From Thermofilum adornatum (GTDB taxonomy: Archaea; Thermoproteota; Thermoprotei; Thermofilales; Thermofilaceae), in the NCBI RefSeq assembly GCF_000446015.1, contig NC_022093.1:1440001-1472000 (forward strand): 32,000 nucleotides of DNA. Direction: 5' to 3'. The notes under the pieces are model-generated. The model ran no database searches, had not been told where the DNA came from, and saw nothing but the letters and a program-made list of their open reading frames with translations. The translations under genes and the position numbers were made by a program. This document shows, piece by piece, positions 7,979 through 15,355 of this stretch (positions are counted from its first letter, which is position 1; each line of letters opens with the position of its first letter).

Positions 7979-8326
7979 GTCCTACCATGTTAATGGCCTA
8001 GATAAATATAAGCCGATAGAAAGAAGAGTTCATGTCGTCGGCACGTGTTTGAATCCTAGGCATTACCAAAAGTGGGTTCAAAGGGCAGGAGGTTGCGCAC
8101 TTTTAGCGAGCACTAAACTTGTTTATAGGGATGGTTTATACCTAAATATATGTAAATTTAAATTTAAATCCATCTTTGTGGTCGAACGCATAAGCTAGAT
8201 CTAGTGTTTTGGCGATTGGTCGTCTCTGGCTTTGAAATAGCGCGCTATAACTGACTAATGTTTCTTATGTTGGGGAAGGGCGCGTTCCTTATATATTTGT
8301 TTTGGGTGGACGGTTTTAGGAGTATA

Positions 8327-8509
8327 ATGTCCGAGGTTGTGGGATTGTTGCAGGAAATAAGGGATGAGCTTAAAGAGCTGAGGCTCCTATATAAAAGTCT
8401 TGTTGATAAACTTGTACCAGAGGAGGAGCCTCTTGAGGACGAGAAAGAGACTATTGAGTCTAGTGATGAAGTGGTAGGGGAGGATGAAGTTTTAAGGGTT
8501 TTTGGATAA
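8327..8509 (+). CDS. Small acidic coiled-coil protein, putative antitoxin of the decayed RelE/ParE-like gene downstream
   Basis: I prefer the ATG at 8327 within ORF 8258..8509. The sequence is MSEVVGLLQEIRDELKELRLLYKSLVDKLVPEEEPLEDEKETIESSDEVVGEDEVLRVFG. Its stop overlaps the ATG of the next frame as TAATG. A TATA-like ttatatattt lies at 8289-8298. The antitoxin role is an inference from context. Confidence 0.4.
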   Translation: MSEVVGLLQEIRDELKELRLLYKSLVDKLVPEEEPLEDEKETIESSDEVVGEDEVLRVFG

Positions 8510-8740
8510 TGTTTCGGCTATAGGCTGAGAGGAGGGTACTGGAATAAATTGAGATGCTTAATCCTTCGGTTAAAGCGAAGATCAAAGAGATACGGCTAAC
8601 AATTAAAAAAGACCCTGTGTCTCATAAGAGGTTTGATTTTTAGATTAGTTAACGAGAAGGAGTGCCGCCTATTCTTAACGGATTTGAGGCATAAAATTAA
8701 TTTTCCAGTACGTGTTATCGCGTTAGGATTGCTGTTTCTT
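8509..8740 (+). pseudogene. Decayed RelE/ParE-like toxin
   Basis: The frame from the ATG at 8509 reads MFRL*AERRVLE*IEMLNPSVKAKIKEIRLTIKKDPVSHKRFDF*. A shifted frame then gives LVNEKECRLFLTDLRHK. This resembles the RelE/ParE layout (Y.L.fs..A.k.l.kL......i...i..l..dP ... R.iY.v... i.hR) but is broken by at least 2 in-frame stops and a frameshift. Confidence 0.4.
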
Positions 8741-8745
8741 CGTGG

Positions 8746-9204
8746 CTAGAGGTAGCCGTGGGTAGGCGAGTATACGTGTAGTTCTTTTAGGCTGTATCTC
8801 GCAGATATTTGTCTCCATTTGTTCTTTATTTTCTTCCAGTCTTTTAGGTCTTCAGTGACTATGGTGTCGGCTCCAGAAGATATGGCTAGGGCAGCGTGTA
8901 GGGAATCATATGTGACGCGCGCAGTGCGAGCTATTTCTCGTGCTAACTCTAGTGCTTCTAGGGAGGGTTCTATTAGCTTTATGGGGAGTGAAAGATATGC
9001 GAGTGAAGTTTCGTATGCTGCATCAACGCTATATTTGGAGAGAGCTCCAAATAACTCGAAGAGTACTAGTTTTGATCCGTAAGCTTCGAAATCTCCTGAG
9101 ACGAGAGCTTCGAGTACATCGTGACACTTCGCGTAATAGTCTGGGAGTCTTGTTGCAACATAAATGAAGATGTTTGTGTCAATGTATACCTGCTTCCCTG
9201 TCAA
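8746..9204 (-). CDS. vapC: PIN-domain ribonuclease toxin VapC
   Basis: VYIDTNIFIY (first acidic residue), LFELF, TYDSLHAA and IVTEDLKDWKKI together give the PIN acidic quartet pattern. It overlaps the upstream AbrB-type gene by 26 nt. TTG start. Confidence 0.85.
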   Translation of the reverse strand: MTGKQVYIDTNIFIYVATRLPDYYAKCHDVLEALVSGDFEAYGSKLVLFELFGALSKYSVDAAYETSLAYLSLPIKLIEPSLEALELAREIARTARVTYDSLHAALAISSGADTIVTEDLKDWKKIKNKWRQISARYSLKELHVYSPTHGYL

Positions 9205-9433
9205 GGGACTCTTCGACTAGTCTCACCGCGTTTATACGCCTCGGCCCAGCGAGGTAGCGGTCGGCTATGCTTTCGAGCCTTTCCAACGCTTCTCTGTATT
9301 TGATGGGCTGGAGGATTATTGCTCCTTTTTCTATTCTTACCATGAAGCGGTCTCCAGGCTTGATACCTAGTTTCTCTCTCACTTCCTCTGGTATCTCGAC
9401 TTTGAAGTCGCTTGTCACTATAACTTCTTTCAC
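9179..9433 (-). CDS. vapB: AbrB/SpoVT-type antitoxin VapB
   Basis: SDFKVEIPEEVREKLGIKPGDRFMVRIEKGAIILQPI is a SpoVT/AbrB swapped-hairpin motif. The gene lies directly upstream of vapC and overlaps it. Confidence 0.85.
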   Translation of the reverse strand: MKEVIVTSDFKVEIPEEVREKLGIKPGDRFMVRIEKGAIILQPIKYREALERLESIADRYLAGPRRINAVRLVEESLDREAGIH

Positions 9434-9579
9434 GATTTGAAACTTGGTTTATTAGCTTACTTAAGTTTTCTCGTAGAAATTCAAAGACTGGGTACACTAC
9501 TCTTGTAAAGACTCGATGGAACAGAAGTGCGACAAGAAACGTTGCATGCTTCACATTTCTATACGCGTTCGGGAAGCAC

Positions 9580-9660
9580 AAGCCGGATATAAGTTGCGAG
9601 TCTCACTTGAAGCTCTCTGAGAAGTATTTGGGGACCGAAAAATTTCTACCTGGGGAGCGT
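9580..9660 (+). pseudogene. PaREP1 (subtype A) internal remnant
   Basis: KPDISCESHLKLSEKYLGTEKFLPGER aligns with DPDTSCELHLKLSEKYLREAEEFLARGD of the copy at 15356..15823, and the similarity is also visible at nucleotide level. No N-terminal or C-terminal part remains. It ends a few nt before the hicB ORF. Confidence 0.55.
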
Positions 9661-9728
9661 CAGTGTCTCTTTTATTGATTAGCTTCATCACAAAATTATT
9701 AAATCAATTTGCATTCATGATTTTTAGT

Positions 9729-9947
9729 ATGGCTAGAAAGTTGAGGTTTACTATTATTTTGAGGAGGGAGGAGGAGGGCGGGTATTCTGCTCAGTGTTTG
9801 GAGTTGCCTGGATGTATTAGTGAGGGTGAGACTAGGGAGGAGGCACTTGAAAACATAAAGGAAGCTATCAGGGGCTATCTTGAGGCTTTCCCGGAGGAGG
9901 CAGAGAAACTAAAAGAAGAGAAGGAGCTGGTCGAGATAGTTGTCTAG
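9729..9947 (+). CDS. hicB: HicB-family antitoxin (UPF0150 fold)
   Basis: RFTIILRREEEGGYSAQCLELPGCISEGETREEALENIKEAIRGYLE is the classic HicB N-terminal domain. I prefer the ATG at 9729 within ORF 9663..9947. It overlaps hicA by 8 nt. Confidence 0.85.
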   Translation: MARKLRFTIILRREEEGGYSAQCLELPGCISEGETREEALENIKEAIRGYLEAFPEEAEKLKEEKELVEIVV

Positions 9948-10164
9948 TAAACTCCCAATACTGTCTTGGCGAGAGGTTGTTAAGGCATTAAAGAAGGTTG
10001 GTTTTCGAATAGTCTATCAGAAGGGCAGTCACTTATACTTAACAGATGGTAAGCATAAACTCACTGTTCCTAGGCATGATGCCTTAAAGAGGGGCACCCT
10101 TCTCGCTATCATATATCAAGCTGGCCTAACAAAGGAGGAGTTCCTGAGGCTTTTAAGGGATTAG
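9940..10164 (+). CDS. hicA: HicA mRNA interferase toxin
   Basis: SWREVVKALKKVGFRIVYQKGSHLYLTDGKHKLTVPRHDALKRGTLLAIIYQAGLTKEEF carries the YcfA/HicA signature (..GSH.....g....t.P.H..l..gtl..I..qagl). Confidence 0.85.
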   Translation: MSSKLPILSWREVVKALKKVGFRIVYQKGSHLYLTDGKHKLTVPRHDALKRGTLLAIIYQAGLTKEEFLRLLRD

Positions 10165-10221
10165 GTTTTTTGTTCCAACTCGATGAGTGTTGTCAATTCA
10201 TAGATTACAAACGGCACGTGC

Positions 10222-10452
10222 TTAGCGCCAAGCTTCCCGTACCTTATCCAGCTCCCTTGTGAGCTCCTCGTAGGCTTCTCGGCCGACCGGCTGGCCGGGT
10301 TCTGGGAGATCGATTTTCTCAAGAATTACTTTGTCGTCTTCTTCCCAGACTGCCAGGATGTCGCCCTCTTTTATTCCTAGGGCTTTGCGGATTGGCAGGG
10401 GGATGGTGACTTGGCCCTTACGTGTGACCTTCACGTGGGTCTTGGGTCTCAT
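10222..10452 (-). CDS. Solo AbrB/SpoVT-family antitoxin-like DNA-binding protein
   Basis: VKVTRKGQVTIPLPIRKALGIKEGDILAVWEEDDKVILEKI is a SpoVT/AbrB motif. No toxin ORF follows on this strand, because the hicA stop lies 58 nt away. Confidence 0.8.
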   Translation of the reverse strand: MRPKTHVKVTRKGQVTIPLPIRKALGIKEGDILAVWEEDDKVILEKIDLPEPGQPVGREAYEELTRELDKVREAWR

Positions 10453-10517
10453 CCGCGGGAATAGCTCTTAGTGCTACTTTTTTAACTTTTTGTCATCTTG
10501 GTACGGATCTTGGTCAT

Positions 10518-10868
10518 CGGCGTTTCTGGGTTCTTCACTAGAGCGCTTAGGGAGCCGGCCTTGTCGCGTTGTCGGAGGAACTTGTGCTTCCCGTGATTGG
10601 GAAGAGGCTGTTTTTTGACCGCGGGTGTTCTGCGGAGCTTGATGAATATGTGGGGGTTGTGGAGGTTATAGGTAGGCAGTTTCATACCCATGTGCTTGTT
10701 TATGACGTGCTAGATGTTGTGTTGATAGGTTTGACGGTCCTCGAGATCCTGAGTTTCGAAGTGGATCCGGTTACGGGGAAGCTTAGAAAAGGAAAGATAT
10801 ACTTGCCCATAGGGCTGGATAGCTGGGGACCCGCTATTGTTATTGTGGGGCTTCTTGTTCCTGTGTGA
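10518..10868 (+). pseudogene. Decayed paralog of the retropepsin-like protease
   Basis: The frame reads ..VLH*SA*GAGLVALSEELVLPVIGKRLFFDRGCSAELDEYVGVVEVIGRQFHTHVLVYDVLDVVLIGLTVLEILSFEVDPVTGKLRKG. It is collinear with 6035..6403 (..LVDAGAMDTVISRKIAGELELPVTGK...ELDECIGVLEVMGK...LLGVTTLELLRLEVDPTTGKLKE). Two in-frame stops fall in and around the active-site loop. Confidence 0.6.
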
Positions 10869-11328
10869 GTAGTGTTCTCAGTTTTCCTATGAGTTTGAGG
10901 GTTTGCTGTCTGTGTGCTTCGAAGTTGAGTGGGGATAGGAAGTTGCGGTAGTAGTTTGCGTGTAGGCGTTCTGTGTTTGCGAAGAGTGGCCCGAGGGGCT
11001 CTTTTAGCTGTTCGGAGAGCTTCTCCACAATGTCTGCGTAGTCCCTGTGGCTGTAATGCGGCCATTTTCTCTTCTCGGCGATGGCGTTGAGGAGGGCTGC
11101 TGTGGCTCCCCAGTATTTTTCTCCTGACTGTGGGAGGTAGCCCTTCTTGTAGAGTTCCTCGGCTTCGACGAGATACTTTTCGAAGAGCTCTAGATATTTT
11201 CTGGTTCCAGTTTTCGGAGATGTTGTATTGTTCTCCTTGCTCGCCATGTTTTTCTTAGCGTTATCTCCAGCTTCTCTAGGATGAGTAAAACTCTCTTGTT
11301 CTTTAATCGTTCTACCATTGACAGCCAT
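10840..11328 (-). CDS. PaREP1-like protein (divergent subtype C)
   Basis: FEKYLVEAEELYKKGYLPQSGEKYWGATAALLNAIAEKR...RLHANYYRNF. The start may be the ATG at 11328 or the internal ATG at 11247. A TATA-like tttttattag lies upstream of 11328 on the minus strand. Confidence 0.7.
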   Translation of the reverse strand: MAVNGRTIKEQESFTHPREAGDNAKKNMASKENNTTSPKTGTRKYLELFEKYLVEAEELYKKGYLPQSGEKYWGATAALLNAIAEKRKWPHYSHRDYADIVEKLSEQLKEPLGPLFANTERLHANYYRNFLSPLNFEAHRQQTLKLIGKLRTLLTQEQEAPQ

Positions 11329-11529
11329 TTTTACGCTCTACAAATTTTGATGTTTCCTCTAATAAAAACCTTTGAGTTATATTTTGGCAATAGGAATATT
11401 GCTCTGCTTGTTGAAATCAATGAATGCATGCATGTGTTAGCGTCGCGCGCCGCCTGTAAGTAAGACACTAGGTACGGCTAGTAAGACTTTTTAAAAGGCT
11501 GAGAAGTTTTTAAATAAGGGGAGTAAAAT

Positions 11530-11766
11530 TTGTCTGAAATACTGGTATTGTTTGATGAGTATGATAAGAACTGGTCATGGTTTATGGAGCACTATGAAGA
11601 GCTTGCCGAAAGGTTTGATGGAGAATTTGTTGCCATATACCAGCAAAGGGTTGTAGACCATGAGAAGGATATTGGCTCTCTGATGAAGAGGATTAGGAAG
11701 AAGTACCCTTTAGGCCAAGTCCTTGTGGAGTTTGTTAGTAAAGAGAAATTAGCCTTTATAATCTGA
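11530..11766 (+). CDS. DUF5678-like small protein
   Basis: NWSWFMEHYEELAERFDGEFVAIYQQRVVDHEKDIGSLMKRIRKKYP..VLVEFV matches the DUF5678 pattern as I recall it (W...n...L...y.G.wVAi.dg.Vv.........l). TTG start. A TATA-like tttttaaataagg lies just upstream. Confidence 0.55.
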   Translation: MSEILVLFDEYDKNWSWFMEHYEELAERFDGEFVAIYQQRVVDHEKDIGSLMKRIRKKYPLGQVLVEFVSKEKLAFII

Positions 11767-11873
11767 GGGTTGTCTGTAGTAGTGTTGCATGATGAACACA
11801 TAGGCTCACATGGTGCGAGTTTCGGATTTTAAAAGAGTTTACCGAGATATTTATTTGCTTTCTCCAAGTAATT

Positions 11874-12146
11874 ATGCGTGTGCGGAGGAAGATTAGTGTG
11901 TATGTTGATGTGGAGCTTTGGGAGAGGTTTAAGAAGTACGCTGAGGAGAGAGATGCGGGGGCTAGTAGGCTTTTGGAGGAGCTGATACGGGAGGAGCTCG
12001 GGGACTATGTTGACGAGGCTCTTGGCGCGCTGGCCGGCTCAGATAGCTACGAGCTAGGCTTTGATCCTGTGGAGCCTAAGGGTCCAGTGAGCCTGTTTGT
12101 TAGGGAGACGAGGGATGAGAGAGAGCGTGGCCTGCTTGGACAATAA
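11874..12146 (+). CDS. Ribbon-helix-helix (CopG-like) antitoxin-type protein
   Basis: KISVYVDVELWERFKKYAEERDAGASRLLEELIREEL is an RHH pattern. The C-terminal tail FDPVEPKGPVSLFVRETRDERE resembles toxin-wrapping tails of archaeal RHH VapB antitoxins. No intact toxin follows. Confidence 0.6.
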   Translation: MRVRRKISVYVDVELWERFKKYAEERDAGASRLLEELIREELGDYVDEALGALAGSDSYELGFDPVEPKGPVSLFVRETRDERERGLLGQ

Positions 12147-12251
12147 GACAGTGTATTTGGGTTCGGGTCTATGTAGCTGTGACGGCGTTATGTGATTTAA
12201 GCCTGTTTTTGTTAATCTTTATCTTAGGGCTGTTGACTGTGATTCCACAAG

Positions 12252-12260
12252 TTTTATAAG
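12252..12260 (+). promoter_or_regulatory. TATA box for the ATPase gene
   Basis: ttttataag is centred 27 nt upstream of the ATG at 12283, the canonical archaeal spacing for a leaderless transcript. Confidence 0.4.
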
Positions 12261-12282
12261 GGCTTGTGGATTTATATTCCAC

Positions 12283-13518
12283 ATGGGTTTCCTTAGAGAG
12301 ATAACTGAGGAGTACCTGGGGGCGCTTAGGTATGTGAAGGAGGTTCCGAGGGACGTGGAGCTTCCCGTTGGTAGGGATATTGTTGCGCTTGTTGGGCCGA
12401 GGAGGGCTGGAAAGACGTTTTTGATGTTGAGGCATGCTAAGGACTTGCTGGACTCTGGGAAGCAGGCCCTCTACGTTTCGTTTGACGAGTTTCAGTTTCG
12501 AGGGATTGATGCTAGGAAGCTTGCCGAGATGGCTAGAGAGGAGTATCCTAGTGGCGAGGTCTACTTGTTTCTTGACGAGGTTCAGGAGTGGGAGGGCTGG
12601 GACAGCAAGCTTCGCTGGCTACATGACGTGAAGGATTTCTTTTTGTATGTTACTGGGTCTTCGTCTGTTCTTCAGTCTTCTGAGATTCCGAGCAGGCTTA
12701 GGGGGCGTTATGTTTCTGTTCTTCTTCTCCCTTTTTCGTTTCGGGAGGTTTCTCGACAGGAGAAAGTTGACGTTGTAACTTTTAGGGAGAGGGGTGCTAT
12801 TAGGGCACTGCTCAACGATTACATGACGTGGGGAGGCTTTCCTGAGGTTTGGATTTATAGGAGTAGGGAGAAGCTTGTCTCCCTGCTGGAGACGATGTTC
12901 TATAGGGATGTGATGGAGAGGCATAGGGTAAGGGATACCGCTGTTTTCTTGGAGGTTGCACGTCTCGTTATCTCTAGCTATTCGTGTCCTGTGACGTGGC
13001 ACTCGATTCGCAGGGCTTTGAAGTCTTCCGGGGTCAATATTGATGTGAAGACTGTTATGAGCTATGTGGAGTACATGAGGCAGGCCTACCTGGTTTTTCT
13101 CGTCAAGAGGTTCACGTATTCTGATAGGGAGGCCTTGGCGGCGCCTAAAAAGATATACCTCGTGGATCCGGGCATAGCCACGCTCCTAGAGAAGCCAATG
13201 GACAAGGGTAGGAGGGCTGAGAACCTTGTCTTCCTGGAGCTCGTGAGGAGGGGATACGAGCCGTACTACTATGTAACGAGGAGCGGCAAGGAGGTTGACT
13301 TCGTAACGAAAAAGGAAAAAATGATTGTCGAGGTTGCTCTAGAGGACTGGGAGAAACATGTCGGAAAGGTTGCTGAAGCCGCGAGGGAGCTGGGGGTCAA
13401 CGAGGCCACGATAATTACATGGGATGCAGAGGGAGAAGAAAAGGTTGGGAACCGCAGGGTAACAATAGTTCCTCTATGGAAGTGGTTGCTCCAAGAAACA
13501 ACAAAAAACAAACCATAG
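12283..13518 (+). CDS. AAA-type ATPase with DUF4143-like C-terminal domain
   Basis: Walker A is VGPRRAGKTFLM and Walker B is YLFLDEVQ. The overall 411-aa layout is an N-terminal P-loop domain followed by a C-terminal nuclease-fold-like DUF4143 region (..IYLVDPGI.. ..EVDFV..). This architecture is common in archaeal accessory regions. Confidence 0.8.
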   Translation: MGFLREITEEYLGALRYVKEVPRDVELPVGRDIVALVGPRRAGKTFLMLRHAKDLLDSGKQALYVSFDEFQFRGIDARKLAEMAREEYPSGEVYLFLDEVQEWEGWDSKLRWLHDVKDFFLYVTGSSSVLQSSEIPSRLRGRYVSVLLLPFSFREVSRQEKVDVVTFRERGAIRALLNDYMTWGGFPEVWIYRSREKLVSLLETMFYRDVMERHRVRDTAVFLEVARLVISSYSCPVTWHSIRRALKSSGVNIDVKTVMSYVEYMRQAYLVFLVKRFTYSDREALAAPKKIYLVDPGIATLLEKPMDKGRRAENLVFLELVRRGYEPYYYVTRSGKEVDFVTKKEKMIVEVALEDWEKHVGKVAEAARELGVNEATIITWDAEGEEKVGNRRVTIVPLWKWLLQETTKNKP

Positions 13519-13632
13519 TTCACAGAACGGTTCTCATTATAGCGCGCGGTTTTGTACGTGTTTGACACACTAGCATGTAAGTACTGTGAAACTCTTGGAT
13601 AATACTAGGTCGACAAGCTTTATAACGAAAGG

Positions 13633-14130
13633 GTGGTGGTATTGGAGCTGGAGCTTGTTTTGTCCAGGGAGATTAAGAAAAAGCTTGGGGAAGTGTCTGT
13701 GAAGATGGAGATCAGTATTGAGGGGCTCGCCTTGGATGCATTCAAGGGAATGAATGAAGGGATGGATCCTGCCGAGAGGGCAGAACTATATTTAAGGCTC
13801 TCTGAGAAGTATCTCAAGGACGGAGAGGAGCTGTTAGCTAAGGGGGACTGTGTTCAGGCTTCTGAGAAGCTTTGGGGCTCGGCGGCGCTTATGGTTAAGG
13901 CTCTTGCGGCTAGTAGGAGTGTCTCGGTCTCTTCTCATGGCGAGCTATTTAGCTATGTTAGGAGGCTGGGCGAAGAGCTGGGGAGCCCCGAGCTCAGGAG
14001 GCTCTTCTCTGTGGCTAGCACGTTGCACCAGAATTTCTATGAGAATTGGCTGAGTGGGGACGTTGTAAGAGAGTACGCGGAGGACGTGAAGCAGTTAGTT
14101 TGGGAGCTCAAGAAGCTGGTAAGATTCTAG
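13633..14130 (+). CDS. RHH-like N-terminus fused to a PaREP1 domain (subtype A)
   Basis: N-terminus is VVVLELELVLSREIKKKLGEVSVKMEISIEGLALDAF. The core is LRLSEKYLKDGEELLAKGDCVQASEKLWGSAALMVKALAA...LHQNFYENWL. GTG start whose exact position is uncertain. Confidence 0.8.
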   Translation: MVVLELELVLSREIKKKLGEVSVKMEISIEGLALDAFKGMNEGMDPAERAELYLRLSEKYLKDGEELLAKGDCVQASEKLWGSAALMVKALAASRSVSVSSHGELFSYVRRLGEELGSPELRRLFSVASTLHQNFYENWLSGDVVREYAEDVKQLVWELKKLVRF

Positions 14131-14248
14131 CGCTGTTTATTCCCGCTGGAAGATATTCTTCGAGCAGTCCTTCCCACATGACTTTAAGATAGACTTTACC
14201 CAGTCCCGAAGCGTTTTTTTGATTGCTATGTATTCATTGAGAATGACT

Positions 14249-14488
14249 TTACTCTCTCTTGGCCCAAAACTTTTCCTCTTCTCTATCCAGTTCTTCCTCT
14301 GCTTCTTCGGCACTGCCCTGACAGCACTTCCATACTCTTCCCCAGAGGTCAAATGGCTCCAGCAGGATTTTGCCGTTTTCGACCCTTAGTTCTAGGAGGG
14401 TTCCTTCATCGATGCTAAGCATTTCTCTTATTCTCTTCGGTATAACAATGATACCCCTTTTATGTACCTTGATTATTGCCTTTTCCAT
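14249..14488 (-). CDS. Solo AbrB/SpoVT-family antitoxin-like protein
   Basis: IKVHKRGIIVIPKRIREMLSIDEGTLLELRVENGKILLEP is a SpoVT/AbrB motif, followed by an acidic C-terminal tail. No recognisable intact toxin lies downstream. Confidence 0.75.
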   Translation of the reverse strand: MEKAIIKVHKRGIIVIPKRIREMLSIDEGTLLELRVENGKILLEPFDLWGRVWKCCQGSAEEAEEELDREEEKFWAKRE

Positions 14489-14737
14489 ATTACATCAACT
14501 CGTTGCTGGGGCTGACTTATAGCTTTAACCCTAAGTTGGATATGCGAGTTACTGGAATGGGTTCAAGCGCTGTTTTTAGATCAGAATTAAGTGGCTCAGT
14601 TGGGGACGAAAAGTAGGACTCCTTCGGGTTTCCCTTCTCTTTACAAAGTTGATTCTAGTGGTCCCTTTTTTTGGGTTTTTCCTAGGTTAAGTTTTTCGTC
14701 AGGAGGTAGTCGTGGTACCTAGGGATTTATTTGTTTG

Positions 14738-14748
14738 AAGCTTTATAA
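14738..14748 (+). promoter_or_regulatory. TATA-like box (aagctttataa) upstream of the PaREP1 gene
   Basis: It is centred about 27-29 nt upstream of the GTG at 14772. An identical 11-mer, aagctttataa, occurs at 13615-13625 upstream of the paralog at 13633, though with different spacing. Confidence 0.35.
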
Positions 14749-14847
14749 GTTAGAGTGATATTTCTATAACTGTGGAAAATGTAGTTTCGTTGGAGCTGTT
14801 TTTGCCTAAACGTATTGCTGAAAGGCTGAAAAAGGGAGTCCGAGAGG

Positions 14848-15276
14848 GTGGGAGCGTCAGAGGAGGAGCTTTTAGTTGAGGTTTTGTCGGAGAGGTTTGG
14901 TGAGCATATCGACCCAGCATCAGAAGTCGAGATGCATTTGAGGTTGTCAGAAAAGGAGCTCATGGAGGCGGAGGAGCTTCTGAGGAAAGGAGACTATTTA
15001 CAGGCGTCCGAAAAGGCATGGGGAGCCGCGGCCCAAATGGTTAAAGCCGTGGCGGCAAGGGAGGGGAGAACGATCAGGAGCCACGGTGAACTGCAACGGG
15101 AGGTTGCGAGGATCGTCAAGGAGACGGGAGACGAGGAGCTGAGAAGGCTTTGGCAGTCCGCCGGGATGCTTCACCAGAACTTCTACGAGAACTGGCTTCC
15201 ACAAGAAATGGTTGAAGGGAACATTAGGGACGTAAAAAGGTTTATCGAGAAGCTGAGACAGCTTTTGAATTATTAG
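14848..15276 (+). CDS. PaREP1 domain protein (subtype A) whose RHH-like N-terminus is disrupted by a frameshift
   Basis: The core is MHLRLSEKELMEAEELLRKGDYLQASEKAWGAAAQMVKAVAAREGRTIRSH...LHQNFYENWL. The homologous N-terminus (VENVVSLELFLPKRIAERLK) starts at GTG 14772 in another frame. The two frames join if one A is removed from the A5 run at 14829-14833. Confidence 0.75.
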   Translation: MGASEEELLVEVLSERFGEHIDPASEVEMHLRLSEKELMEAEELLRKGDYLQASEKAWGAAAQMVKAVAAREGRTIRSHGELQREVARIVKETGDEELRRLWQSAGMLHQNFYENWLPQEMVEGNIRDVKRFIEKLRQLLNY

Positions 15277-15355
15277 CGCGCGCTCGCGCTAACTTGATGC
15301 TTAACACTTATATTGGGCTCAGCAGGAACATATACTATGGGTTTTTTTCATTGAT

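Noticed and set aside
11789-11795. C-box-like atgatga in the gap before the RHH gene, and a gtgatgc...ctga pair at about 17252-17330, as possible C/D box sRNAs.
   Set aside because: At the first site there is no properly spaced D box (CTGA) or C'/D' pair. The second has an imperfect C box, a spacing of about 70 nt, and overlaps the 34-codon ORF.
14137-14352. A 71-aa ORF overlapping and following the AbrB-type gene. Its tail (KVILNEYIAIKKTLRDW...) could be the N-terminus of a PIN toxin remnant.
   Set aside because: The resemblance to a PIN N-terminus (vlDtn.li) is only a few residues, and the key Asp is absent. The ORF overlaps the antitoxin gene extensively out of frame. The evidence is insufficient.
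14559-14570. gggttcaagcgc resembles a tRNA T-arm/T-loop in the 14.49-14.77 kb gap.
   Set aside because: I could not build an acceptor stem, D-arm or anticodon arm around it. I found no tRNA-like cloverleaf anywhere in the window.
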